This document shows, piece by piece, positions 52,478-61,595 of a DNA stretch of 64,000 nt. Numbering within the stretch: position 1 is the first letter of the stretch; each line of letters begins with the position of its first letter. The DNA comes from Candidatus Saccharimonadales bacterium (GTDB lineage: Bacteria; Patescibacteriota; Saccharimonadia; UBA4664; DATIHN01), in the NCBI GenBank assembly GCA_035480635.1, contig DATIHN010000016.1, positions 76,017 through 140,016 of the forward strand, given 5' to 3'. A program made the position numbers and the translations under genes. Under the pieces are notes generated by a model. That model worked only from the letters and a program-made list of their open reading frames with translations. It was not told where the DNA came from and ran no database searches.

Positions 52478-53170
52478 TTAGGCAACTTGAATTTGATTTC
52501 GTTTGATGTAGTCTCGGACCATTTTGGCCTTTTCCAGCTCGATGCGTTTGGTCTCAACGTAGTGATCAAGCAATTCATCGAGTGTGAAAATAGAATGAAA
52601 CCCGACACCCTGGGACGTCAAATATTCCATGGCTCCTTGCTGCCTATCAACTACTGTTAGAATGTCGTTTACTACCAAACCGGCTTTTTCGGCTGCATTT
52701 TTAAATAGCGATTTATTGTAACCACCTGAAGTATGATCCTCGACTACCATCAAAACGTGACCTTTTTGGTAATCGCCCTTGATTGGCCCAACAAAGACTC
52801 TTCGACCGTCGGCTTCTTCTTTACCAAACTCTAGTAACTTATTTTCCCCGTCAGGCTCAAGTTTGGCCAGCTCTTCAGCAACCGGCTGAGCGCCCTTAGG
52901 TACTGCCGCCATTCGGTCGTATTCCAAACCTTTTTCGCTGATTAGATCGCTAAAGAGTCCGGCTGCCAAAACGTATATTCTTGGCAGTAACTCGGTCCCA
53001 GCTTCCCCCGGTTTGGGGTAGTGTAAATAAATTGGCGAAAGTTCCAAATCTGGATTAGCTTCATGAGCTGCTAGTTTAAAGGCCCCGAATTTAACGGTGT
53101 CGCTATCAAAATATAAGTCCGCTAACTCTTTTTGTTTCAAATTCAGTACATGCTGACTTGGTTTCGCCAT
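52478..53170 (-). CDS. pyrE: phosphoribosyltransferase, orotate-PRTase-like (within the pyr cluster)
   Basis: PRPP-binding motif HVLMVVEDHTSGG. Adjacent to and co-oriented with pyrF. 230 aa. Confidence 0.55.
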   Translation of the reverse strand: MAKPSQHVLNLKQKELADLYFDSDTVKFGAFKLAAHEANPDLELSPIYLHYPKPGEAGTELLPRIYVLAAGLFSDLISEKGLEYDRMAAVPKGAQPVAEELAKLEPDGENKLLEFGKEEADGRRVFVGPIKGDYQKGHVLMVVEDHTSGGYNKSLFKNAAEKAGLVVNDILTVVDRQQGAMEYLTSQGVGFHSIFTLDELLDHYVETKRIELEKAKMVRDYIKRNQIQVA

Positions 53171-53171
53171 A

Positions 53172-53993
53172 CTACCTCCTCAATTTATTAATATCATCGC
53201 GTAATTTCTGGGTTTCACTGCGTGCGGCTTTAGCAAAATCAGCTCCCGAGCTAGCAAAGATGATGCCGCGGGACGAACTAATGATTAGTCCGGCTTTGTC
53301 TTTACGCAAGCCATTATTGAGCGTGGCCTCTAAATCACCGCCCTGAGCGCCGATACCGGGCACCAGAAACCACATCTCCGGCGCCATGGCTCGGATCTCG
53401 GCCATTTCTTTGGGATAGGTGGCGCCAACCACCATCAGGCAGTCGCCTTGTTTGCTCCAGTCATCTACGACGTGTTTGGCTACAATTTGATAGAGCGGCC
53501 GGCCATCGATGGTTAAGTCTTGGAATTCGCCAGCGCCGGGGTTGGAGGTTCGACAAAGAATGATCAGGCCCTTTTGATCTTGAGCCAAGAAGGCCGTTAG
53601 CGATTCTTTGCCCAAATATGGGTGCAGCGTCAAAGCATCGACCCCCAGGTAATCAAAAACGTATTCAATGTAGCCGTCGTTGGTTGAGCCGATATCGCCG
53701 CGTTTGGCATCAAGAATGATGGGAATATCGGGGTGTTGAGTACGTAAATAATCGCAGGTGGCTTTTAGCGCCGCCACACCATCGGCGCCCAGAGCCTCAT
53801 AAAAAGCGGCCTGAGGTTTGTAGGCCAAGACCAAATCGGCGGTGGCATCGATAATGGCTTTGTTAAAGATAAATTGCGAAAGTTTTTGACCCTTGAATTG
53901 GGTGGGTAATTTACGATGGTCTGGATCCAAGCCGACGCAAGCTAGAGAATTACGAGCTTTGGCCGAGGCATTTAATTTATCGCTAAATTTCAC
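53172..53993 (-). CDS. pyrF: orotidine-5'-phosphate decarboxylase (type 2)
   Basis: Catalytic motif ILDAKRGDIGSTN. Start moved to a GTG with a GGGAGG RBS (VKFSDKLNASAKARNSLACVGLDPD…), because the longer ATG ORF (to 54173) overlaps pyrD on the opposite strand. Confidence 0.8.
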   Translation of the reverse strand: MKFSDKLNASAKARNSLACVGLDPDHRKLPTQFKGQKLSQFIFNKAIIDATADLVLAYKPQAAFYEALGADGVAALKATCDYLRTQHPDIPIILDAKRGDIGSTNDGYIEYVFDYLGVDALTLHPYLGKESLTAFLAQDQKGLIILCRTSNPGAGEFQDLTIDGRPLYQIVAKHVVDDWSKQGDCLMVVGATYPKEMAEIRAMAPEMWFLVPGIGAQGGDLEATLNNGLRKDKAGLIISSSRGIIFASSGADFAKAARSETQKLRDDINKLRR

Positions 53994-54026
53994 AGAAGCC
54001 TCCCGTGTGTTATCTTTTAAGCTAGC

Positions 54027-55118
54027 ATGGCAGCTAAACTCAAGCAACCAATCTACGATCCAGCCAAGACCTACGACGATAACTTTGACCAAGGTCCCTT
54101 TTGGGACAAAGTTGATGGGATCGTGGCCAGCCAAGGCGATCCGGCCCATCGTTTTTTGGGCCAGCCGATTCATTCGCGCTTTGGCATCCCAGCGGGTCCC
54201 TTACTGAACAGCAATTATATTAAGCGAGCCTTTGAACATGGCTACGATGTGTTGGTCTATAAAACTCAACGCAGTCGGCCTTTCGGTGTCAATGAATTTC
54301 CCAATGTTTTGTTTTTGGATGTGGATGGTGATTTGACGCTAGAAAAGGCCGCCCAGCCCCAACTGGGTAAAGCCGATACCAAAAAGGCCGCTCACGAATT
54401 TTCCATCACCAACTCCTTTGGTAACCCATCGCGCGGACCGGAATATTGGGTGGATGATTTGAAGAAAGCCATTAGTTACCAGGGCCCGGGACAGCTATTA
54501 CTAATGAGCGTTTGCGGCACGATTGAGGGGGATCAATCGAGCGCTGATTATTTTGGTGATTTTGCGAACGCCGCTAAACTGGCCGCCGATGCCGGAGTAA
54601 GCGCGATCGAACTAAACCTCTCCTGCCCCAATGTGGCTAACGAAGGCGTTATTTGCTACACGCCCGAGGCCGTTATTGAAATCGGCCGCCGAACCAAAGA
54701 GCTGGTGGGTAATGTTCCTCTGGTAGCCAAGTTTGGCTACTTTGCGCCCGACCAGCAGGATTTGCTGGAGCGAATCATCAAGGACAGTTCGCCTTATTAT
54801 TCGGCCTACTCGGTTATAAACACCATCGCCGCTCCGGTGGTTGATGAGGCCGGCGAACAAGCCTTGCCTGGGCCGAACCGTTTGAAGAGCGGCGTCTGCG
54901 GCGCTAGTATTCGCTGGGCGGGGTTGGATATGGTCCAGCGCCTGGCCGCTTTACGCCAAAAGCTGGGTCTAGATTATGAAATTATTGGGGTTGGTGGCGT
55001 CATGAACGCTGATCATTTTAACGATTACCGCTCAGCCGGCGCCGATGTGGTCCAATCGGCCACCGGAGCCATGTGGAATCCGTTGCTGGCTAGTGAAATC
55101 AAGCTCGATCAAGCCTAA
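54027..55118 (+). CDS. pyrD: dihydroorotate dehydrogenase (class-1-like) with an N-terminal extension
   Basis: LNLSCPNV active-site motif. FMN-binding Gly-rich C-terminal region (IGVGGV). 363 aa. Confidence 0.8.
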   Translation: MAAKLKQPIYDPAKTYDDNFDQGPFWDKVDGIVASQGDPAHRFLGQPIHSRFGIPAGPLLNSNYIKRAFEHGYDVLVYKTQRSRPFGVNEFPNVLFLDVDGDLTLEKAAQPQLGKADTKKAAHEFSITNSFGNPSRGPEYWVDDLKKAISYQGPGQLLLMSVCGTIEGDQSSADYFGDFANAAKLAADAGVSAIELNLSCPNVANEGVICYTPEAVIEIGRRTKELVGNVPLVAKFGYFAPDQQDLLERIIKDSSPYYSAYSVINTIAAPVVDEAGEQALPGPNRLKSGVCGASIRWAGLDMVQRLAALRQKLGLDYEIIGVGGVMNADHFNDYRSAGADVVQSATGAMWNPLLASEIKLDQA

Positions 55119-55185
55119 GCTTGCGATTATAAAAATATTGTGATATAAATGAGCCACTTTTCTGGAACCTAGACCTGGAGGGGTC

Positions 55186-55548
55186 ATGTCGATGAAACGA
55201 GCGCAAGTTCATGTTGTCGGTAAACCGAAAGATCTTTGGGTCTACAGCCACTACGGCGCCGACACAGTTGCCGAAGATGTCGGAAAGGCTTTGAAAAAGG
55301 TCCTCGATTTCGCTGGGGTTCAAGGCTGGCGAGATGCCAGCCTGGTACTGCCCCACATCATTCACCAAATGATGTCAACCGAAGACCGAAGCGTACGAGT
55401 CGTGGTCAAACCACCAGCGGGTTTTGATTTTGACCTCGTCGTAGACTGTTTGGCTCTTGAGGTACGCCCAACTACGGCCATGGGCAGAATGATTGTCAGT
55501 TTCGAGTCGTTCATCGAGATGGTCGCTCCAGCCTCAGCCACAGCCTGA
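55186..55548 (+). CDS. hypothetical protein (120 aa)
   Basis: ORF followed by a strong bidirectional hairpin terminator (gggcccacggtg-aaca-ccgtgggcc) at 55566-55592. Confidence 0.45.
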   Translation: MSMKRAQVHVVGKPKDLWVYSHYGADTVAEDVGKALKKVLDFAGVQGWRDASLVLPHIIHQMMSTEDRSVRVVVKPPAGFDFDLVVDCLALEVRPTTAMGRMIVSFESFIEMVAPASATA

Positions 55549-55597
55549 CGAAAGTCCGAACCTCGGGCCCACGGTGAACACCGTGGGCCTGAATTCT

Positions 55598-56641
55598 TTA
55601 TAAAATCCGGCCGCTGCCAGGTTTAGCCATCACTTCATCATTCTCAAAAACCGTTTGGCCGCGCAAAATCACTTTTTGAACCCGCCCGAAAGCCGTTTGG
55701 CCGGCAAAGGGGCTCCAACCGCACTTGGTTTTAAGATCCTCGTTCTTGATGACGAACTCCCCGGCGCTGACCTCGACGTGGCTGGTCGGATCAGCCTTCA
55801 GGCCAATAATTTTACGCGGGTTGGTGGAGCATTTAGCGATGATAGCTTCGCGGCTAATTTTACCCTCACGCTCAGCCTGCAAAAGTAGCGGCAGGGTTGT
55901 TTCCAACCCCGGCACCCCAAAGGCGCCTTCGTCTTTTTCGCTTCGCGTGTGCGGAGCATGATCGCTTTCGATGGCGTCAACTTGGTCGAGGTTTGACCAC
56001 AGATAATCAACGTCAGCTTGGGGTTTGAGTGATGGCTTCATCATGCCATAATTACCCAAACGCTTTTCGTCGCTGGCGTTCAAAAACAAATGGTGGGGCG
56101 TGATGCCGCAACTAACCGGCAAGCCGGCTTTTTTGGCCTCAAGAATTGGCAGTAACTCAGCCCGACTGGAAACGTGGCAAACGTGGGTGGCTTGGCCGGT
56201 TTTGGCCGTCACTTTCAGCGCTGTTTTGATGACGTCCGCCTCAGCGTGCAGCAGAATTGGTTTAGGGCTACTCCAAGCCCTAAAGATTTTTTCGAGGTGG
56301 GCTGGGTCGAGCAAATAATTGCCGGTGGTGACGTTTAGATACAGCTTCAGACCCGACGTTAATTTCATGGCTCCAGCGAACTGGTCCAAATTATCGCCTA
56401 GCGATCCAAAGTGAAAACCAACGTCGGCTACGATCTGACGCCTAGCCGAGGCGATTTTAGCTTTTAACAGCTTGACGGTGGTAATAGCTTCGGCATTATT
56501 AGGCATATCGTAGACGGCAGTATAGCCACCGGCTAAGGCGGCTTGGGTGCCGGTGTAGAAATCCTCTTTTTGGGTTTGGCCGGGATCGCGCAAGTGGACA
56601 TGCAAATCAACTAGGCCGGGGAGCTTGATAATTTCAGTCAT
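55598..56641 (-). CDS. pyrC: dihydroorotase
   Basis: Metal-binding HVHLRDPG and DLHVH motifs. Start set at MTEIIKLPG, which overlaps the pyrB stop (ATGACTGA). The longer N-terminal extension is low-complexity and overlaps pyrB. Confidence 0.85.
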   Translation of the reverse strand: MTEIIKLPGLVDLHVHLRDPGQTQKEDFYTGTQAALAGGYTAVYDMPNNAEAITTVKLLKAKIASARRQIVADVGFHFGSLGDNLDQFAGAMKLTSGLKLYLNVTTGNYLLDPAHLEKIFRAWSSPKPILLHAEADVIKTALKVTAKTGQATHVCHVSSRAELLPILEAKKAGLPVSCGITPHHLFLNASDEKRLGNYGMMKPSLKPQADVDYLWSNLDQVDAIESDHAPHTRSEKDEGAFGVPGLETTLPLLLQAEREGKISREAIIAKCSTNPRKIIGLKADPTSHVEVSAGEFVIKNEDLKTKCGWSPFAGQTAFGRVQKVILRGQTVFENDEVMAKPGSGRIL

Positions 56642-57557
56642 GATTTTTCTCCAACACCCATTCCAAAAGTGCCATGCGAATAAACATACCATTGCCAGCC
56701 TGGCGAAAGTAGGCCGCTCTGGGGTCACTATCAACGGCCGGGGTGATTTCATCAACTCTAGGCAAGGGGTGCATGAGGATGGCGTCTTTTTTGAGTAAGA
56801 TCATATCTTTCGCATCAATCACGAAGGTTTGAGCCAGTTTGGAGCTATCAAAGCGTTCTTTTTGGACTCTGGTCCAGTAGACCACATCGGCCAACTTTAA
56901 GGCTGATTCGATATCACTGGTTTCATTAAACTTGGTGCCCTGTTTTGTTAAATGATCGGTGATGTCGCGGCCGATCTCCAAGCCAGGCGGCGCCAAAAAA
57001 GTAATTTGATTGGCCTTGAACTTGGCTAGCAGATAGGCCAGCGACCGGGCCGTGCGGCCGTGAGCTAGATCGCCGCCGATAACGACATGCAAATTATCGC
57101 TGCGGCCCAGCTCCTTTTGGATGGTGTAGAGATCAAGCAGGGCCTGGGTCGGGTGCTGGCCCATGCCGTCGCCGGCATTAATGATTGGCACGCTGCTTAT
57201 GGCAGCGGCTCGCTCAGCGGCCCCGGTTTCGTTGTGACGCAACACAATCACATCGGGGCGATATTGGCACAGCGTTTTGATAGTGTCCTCGAGGGTTTCA
57301 CCCTTGGCGGCTGATGAGAATTCGCGGGCGTTTTCGGTGCTGACGACTTGCATGCCCAGGTGTTGGGCGGCCGCGTTGAATGAGACTCTAGTCCTAGTCG
57401 AAGGTTCGTAAAAAATCGTAAACATCATATTACCCTCGAGTAACCTAATTTGCTGGCCGTTCTTTTGATCAATCAAGTGCTCCAACTCAGCAGTCCGGGC
57501 AAATAGAGTCTCAATAAAACGTCGATCAAATTGTTGGGCTTCTAGGACATGTCGCAT
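56634..57557 (-). CDS. pyrB: aspartate carbamoyltransferase catalytic subunit
   Basis: STRTR carbamoyl-phosphate motif and the HPLP motif. 307 aa. Confidence 0.9.
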   Translation of the reverse strand: MRHVLEAQQFDRRFIETLFARTAELEHLIDQKNGQQIRLLEGNMMFTIFYEPSTRTRVSFNAAAQHLGMQVVSTENAREFSSAAKGETLEDTIKTLCQYRPDVIVLRHNETGAAERAAAISSVPIINAGDGMGQHPTQALLDLYTIQKELGRSDNLHVVIGGDLAHGRTARSLAYLLAKFKANQITFLAPPGLEIGRDITDHLTKQGTKFNETSDIESALKLADVVYWTRVQKERFDSSKLAQTFVIDAKDMILLKKDAILMHPLPRVDEITPAVDSDPRAAYFRQAGNGMFIRMALLEWVLEKNHD

Positions 57558-57650
57558 ACCCGCATTATAGGGTAGAGTTTGGTCTTAACCAATAAAGCCT
57601 TGTAAAAGCGGCGCCAACCTACGTATACTGGACTCGTAAGGTAGGGAGTT

Positions 57651-57821
57651 ATGGGAAGAATCGAAGAACTGATCATTGTTTTCCTGATCATCCTTTTGCT
57701 CTTCGGTGCCAAGCGGATTCCGCAACTGGCCCGGAGCATTGGTCAATCGATCAATGAGGTCAAGAAGGGTGTCGCAGAGGGGAGCCCCAAAGACGACGAT
57801 CAAGACAAAAAGTCGTCATAG
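57651..57821 (+). CDS. tatA: twin-arginine translocase subunit TatA/E
   Basis: Not in the ORF track (56 aa). MGRIEELIIVFLIILLLFGAKRIPQLARSIGQSINEVKKG… is the canonical TatA TM plus amphipathic helix. AGGGAG RBS. A hairpin terminator follows. Confidence 0.8.
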   Translation: MGRIEELIIVFLIILLLFGAKRIPQLARSIGQSINEVKKGVAEGSPKDDDQDKKSS

Positions 57822-57949
57822 TTCCTAGTTAGATAAAGCGGCCCGTTGAATTTTAACTCAGCGGCCGTTTTGATATTGATTTACATATAAACCCGCGGAG
57901 AAGACTGCGCGCCTCGAAAATACTTACGCCTAAATGGTATGATTGCCGT

Positions 57950-58819
57950 ATGAATGTCATTTCGGTCCAGGATGTTACTAAAGATTTTGGCTCAACCAAG
58001 GCTTTGCGGGGTATCAACTTGACGGTCGAATCAGGTCAGGTCTTCGGCTTTCTGGGTCCCAATGGCGCCGGTAAGACCACCATGATTCGAGCCATGATGG
58101 ACTTCATCCGCCCGACCAGTGGCAGTATTCGAATCTTTGGGGCTGATTCCCAATCCGCCAGCGCGGACTTGAAGCAAAAAATTGGCTTTCTGTCAGCCGA
58201 TAACGCCCTCTACCCCCATTGGACTGGCCGTACCCATATTGATTTCGCTGCTCGCCTGTCCGGCAAGGGCCAATACGTTGACGAAATAGTTCGCCGGCTC
58301 GATTTGAACTTGAGCGCCAAGGCCGGCCAGCTTTCAAGTGGCAATAAGCAAAAATTAGCTCTGGCTTTGGCTGTAGTCGGTGATCCTGAGCTTTTGATTA
58401 TGGACGAGCCGACGAGGGGATTGGATCCGCTACTTCAAAATGAGCTCTACTCCACCTTGGGTGAATTCAAAGCTAAGGGCGGTACCATTTTTCTTTCGAG
58501 TCATAACCTGGGCGAAGTCCAACGTATTTGCGACACTGTCGCAGTTATTAATCGGGGAAAGTTAGTGGCCGAAAAATCTATGAACGACTTCCGTGATATG
58601 CATGTTCATATGGTTAGTGTGGTGGTAGCCAAAACCGTTGACCCTAAGCAATTTAATTTGAAAAACGTCGATGTTGTCTCCAGTCAAGGATCATCTCTAA
58701 CCCTAAAAGTCCGCGGCGATATCAACCCAATATTATCCCAACTAAGCCAATTGGATGTTAAAGACCTAGAGGTTAGCCACTTAAGTTTAGAAGAAGTCTT
58801 TATGGAGCTGTATAAGTGA
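57950..58819 (+). CDS. ABC transporter ATP-binding protein
   Basis: Walker A GPNGAGKTT. ABC signature LSSGNKQKLALA. Walker B LLIMDEPT. Confidence 0.9.
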   Translation: MNVISVQDVTKDFGSTKALRGINLTVESGQVFGFLGPNGAGKTTMIRAMMDFIRPTSGSIRIFGADSQSASADLKQKIGFLSADNALYPHWTGRTHIDFAARLSGKGQYVDEIVRRLDLNLSAKAGQLSSGNKQKLALALAVVGDPELLIMDEPTRGLDPLLQNELYSTLGEFKAKGGTIFLSSHNLGEVQRICDTVAVINRGKLVAEKSMNDFRDMHVHMVSVVVAKTVDPKQFNLKNVDVVSSQGSSLTLKVRGDINPILSQLSQLDVKDLEVSHLSLEEVFMELYK

Positions 58820-59628
58820 ATCGGGTCTGGGTCATCATTCGCCGCGATCAAGCTGATCGCAAGGTTTCATTGATTATCTATTGCGCCGTTATTCTAGCCT
58901 TCATCACTCTCTATTCCTCGCTCTACCCTTCGATTCACAGCCAGGCCGCTAATTTGAATCAGCTTTTGAAATCCTACCCCAAAAGCCTGGCCAGCGCCTT
59001 TAACCTCGAAGACCTATCATTTGATACCCTGGAAAAATACATTGCGGCTGAAATCTTTAGTTTTTCCTGGTTGATTCTGACCATTATATTAATGTTATCG
59101 CGGGCGGCCAACGCTCTAGCGGGCGAAGTCGAACGCGGCACTATGAGCTTTCTATTATCGCAGCCGATTAAGCGCCTACAACTTTTTGCCGCTAGGTACT
59201 TATCCAACTTGATTACGCTACTAATCTTTACGGTTGTTTCAGTTCTCGGCATCATCCCAATCGCTAGCGCCTTCGGCAATCACCCCATGGCCGGGCGTTT
59301 TGTAGAGCTGCTTTGGCCAACCTTGATGTTTGGTTGGACGATAATGGCTCTCGGCATGATGCTCTCAAGCTTCTTTAATGAGCGCTCTCGAGTCTATTTT
59401 GTAGCCGGCGGTATGCTTATGATCATGTATGTTCTAAATATCGTAGCCGGCCTCAAGGATAGTCTGAAGTGGGTGGGTAAAATTTCGGTTTTTCACTACT
59501 TCAATCCGCAGCAAGTCTTGGTTCACGGCCACCAAAACAGCGCTCTGTTTTTGGTTTTTAGCTTGAGTATTGGGGCTACTACCAGCATCGGAGCTTGGTG
59601 GTTCAACCGTCGGGACCTGTCGGTTTAA
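58816..59628 (+). CDS. ABC-2 type transporter permease
   Basis: Six predicted TM segments. Overlaps the ATPase gene by 4 nt. Confidence 0.7.
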   Translation: MNRVWVIIRRDQADRKVSLIIYCAVILAFITLYSSLYPSIHSQAANLNQLLKSYPKSLASAFNLEDLSFDTLEKYIAAEIFSFSWLILTIILMLSRAANALAGEVERGTMSFLLSQPIKRLQLFAARYLSNLITLLIFTVVSVLGIIPIASAFGNHPMAGRFVELLWPTLMFGWTIMALGMMLSSFFNERSRVYFVAGGMLMIMYVLNIVAGLKDSLKWVGKISVFHYFNPQQVLVHGHQNSALFLVFSLSIGATTSIGAWWFNRRDLSV

Positions 59629-59637
59629 GAGCCGGTT

Positions 59638-60321
59638 ATGAAGCAGGGTATGGTCAAAACATTTACCGACCGCTTTCCCTTCGTCGGCCCAATATTTTGG
59701 ATGGTCAGCTTCCAGTACTATTTGGCCCAACTGATTGTGGCAGCGGCTTGGACCATTCCGTATAGCATAACCATCAACACCATCAGCGACCTAGGCAATA
59801 CGGTCTGCGGGATCTACAACGGCCGTTACGTCTGCTCGCCCCGCCATGCCCTCATGAATGTTTCGTTCGTGACTCTGGGTATTACCATGATGATTGGCGC
59901 AGTTTTGATCTACCAGGAATTCCGAGAGAACTTGGGCGGGCTAATTGGTTTTAGTTTTATGGGTCTGGCCGGGTTGGGCACCATTTTGGTCGGGCTATTT
60001 CCCGAAAACGTTAACGCCACTTGGCACCAGCTTGGCGCTGCCTTGCCATTCTTTGTCGGCAATTTAAGTATGATTATCCTGGGGCTTAGCCTTGACATTC
60101 CCAGGCCTTTGAAAATTTACACCCTTTTCTCTGGTTTCATTTCTCTAACTGCGGCGGTACTATTTACCAGCCATCATTTCTTGAGTTTGGGTGGTGGTGG
60201 GATGGAAAGAATCGCCGCCTACCCGCAGACTATGTGGATAATAGTATTTGGTCTCTATATCTCAACCAACCACCTGAAGGCTGCTAATCAAGCCGATTTG
60301 AGCGCCAACATTAAATCATAG
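59638..60321 (+). CDS. DUF998-like polytopic membrane protein
   Basis: Six to seven TM helices. Follows the ABC genes. Confidence 0.5.
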   Translation: MKQGMVKTFTDRFPFVGPIFWMVSFQYYLAQLIVAAAWTIPYSITINTISDLGNTVCGIYNGRYVCSPRHALMNVSFVTLGITMMIGAVLIYQEFRENLGGLIGFSFMGLAGLGTILVGLFPENVNATWHQLGAALPFFVGNLSMIILGLSLDIPRPLKIYTLFSGFISLTAAVLFTSHHFLSLGGGGMERIAAYPQTMWIIVFGLYISTNHLKAANQADLSANIKS

Positions 60322-60848
60322 ATCTTGCACACAGTGTTGGAGTTGCGAGCCGTCATCTGTTTATGCAATTTGGTGCCAACTAGTTTAACCATTTTGCTTT
60401 CGATAACCTTACCACGATCAATTCGCCAGACCACGGCACCGGGGAAATACTTAACGTCTTCAATTTCTGGATCGTTTGGTAATTGCTCCACAATGTTTGG
60501 ATCATCAATCTCGGGCCACAAAAACAAAACATCGCATTTCATATTTGTGTCATTGACCCACGAATTTGGAATGGCTTCGACCAGCTTTTCCACTTGATCA
60601 ATATTTCTGAGTAACACTTTGACGCTGAAGCCAAAATCGTGCTCAATGGCAGCTTCGATCTGAGCCGTCAGTTGTTGCTGATCACGAGACTCAGTTAAAA
60701 ATATGACATTACCGGAATTGATATAAGTTTTCACAGCACTTAAGCCCAGTCGCTCAAAAGTCACTTTGAGTTTGGCCATCTCGACCTTGCCCGTCCCCCC
60801 AACATTGATACCTCTAAGTAATGCTGCGTAGATCATAATTATTACCAA
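60288..60848 (-). CDS. DUF1697 family protein
   Basis: MIYAALLRGINVGG N-terminal motif characteristic of DUF1697. The real start is probably M5 at 60836. Confidence 0.6.
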   Translation of the reverse strand: MVIIMIYAALLRGINVGGTGKVEMAKLKVTFERLGLSAVKTYINSGNVIFLTESRDQQQLTAQIEAAIEHDFGFSVKVLLRNIDQVEKLVEAIPNSWVNDTNMKCDVLFLWPEIDDPNIVEQLPNDPEIEDVKYFPGAVVWRIDRGKVIESKMVKLVGTKLHKQMTARNSNTVCKIYDLMLALKSA

Positions 60849-60853
60849 TAAAT

Positions 60854-60872
60854 TGGTGACCCCAGCGGGATA
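60854..60872. repeat. 19-nt direct repeat of the tRNA-Glu 3' end (attggtgaccccagcggga; also at 60983-61001 inside and abutting the tRNA)
   Basis: Exact 19-mer match seen by eye. The spacer between the copies holds a bidirectional terminator hairpin (caggcaagcctg flanked by A-run and T-run). Confidence 0.6.
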
Positions 60873-60984
60873 CGGGCTTGGCTGGTGCCAACCCTAGCTG
60901 TCTCGCTGTGCTCGACTAGTCGAACTGAAATGTTCGAATCTCGCACCCCAATAAAAAAATTCAGGCAAGCCTGCTATTTTTTAT

Positions 60985-61060
60985 TGGTGACCCCAGCGGG
61001 ATTCGAACCCGCGTTGCCACATTGAAAGCGTGGAGTCCTGAACCACTAGACGATGGGGCC
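60985..61060 (-). tRNA. tRNA-Glu (anticodon TTC)
   Basis: Reverse complement GGCCCCATCGTCTAGTGGTTCAGGACTCCACGCTTTCAATGTGGCAACGCGGGTTCGAATCCCGCTGGGGTCACCA. Anticodon loop CUUUCAA. T-arm GCGGG-TTCGAAT-CCCGC. Encoded CCA. Confidence 0.85.
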
Positions 61061-61225
61061 ACGTCGCAGCGGCACTTACGGCTGACGTCCGACCTTGGGC
61101 GGACTCTAGCCTTCACATCGCTGCTCCTTACCGCATTGTAAACGGCTTACGCCTGGTTTCCAATGCGGTTATTCAAAGACAGATTCATACAATAACAGCT
61201 TTTCTTAATTATATCAATTAGTGCC

Positions 61226-61594
61226 TTACTGGAGGGCGGCGACGACTTTTTCGACCACCTGCTTGGGACTGTAGTCGCTTTTGACCATGACACTCTTGGC
61301 TCCCAGCTTCATAGCCTCTTTGGATCTGGTCTCATCACTTAAATTGGTCAAAATAATAACCGGGATAGGTTTGGTCAGTTCATCGGCTTGCAAGCGACGC
61401 ATCACCTCAATACCGTCCATATCTGGCATCATAATATCTAGCAAAATAAGATCGGGTTTAACTTGACTGGCTTTTTGCAACCCGTCACCCGGGAGTAAGG
61501 CCGAAACTACCTCAATATCGGAAAAACTAAAAATTCGTTCATACATCCGTACAATTAATGGATCGTCGTCGATTAAGAGAATTTTTTTGGCCAT
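61226..61594 (-). CDS. stand-alone response-regulator receiver (CheY-like, no output domain)
   Basis: KILLIDDDPLI…DLILLDIMMPDMDG…ILTNL. Conserved Asp pocket and the phospho-acceptor Asp. 122 aa. Confidence 0.85.
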   Translation of the reverse strand: MAKKILLIDDDPLIVRMYERIFSFSDIEVVSALLPGDGLQKASQVKPDLILLDIMMPDMDGIEVMRRLQADELTKPIPVIILTNLSDETRSKEAMKLGAKSVMVKSDYSPKQVVEKVVAALQ

Positions 61595-61595
61595 A

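Noticed and set aside
54027-54173. Long ATG-initiated pyrF ORF (to 54173) overlapping pyrD on the opposite strand
   Set aside because: A GTG with a GGGAGG RBS at 53993 gives the canonical PyrF N-terminus (…SLACVGLDPD) and removes the antisense overlap.
60854-60950. Possible second tRNA (long-arm type) left of tRNA-Glu
   Set aside because: Only the terminal 17-19 nt match the tRNA-Glu 3' end. The remainder cannot be folded into a D-arm or T-arm (no GTTCRA T-loop with a complementary stem). It is interpreted as a partial-duplicate att-like remnant.
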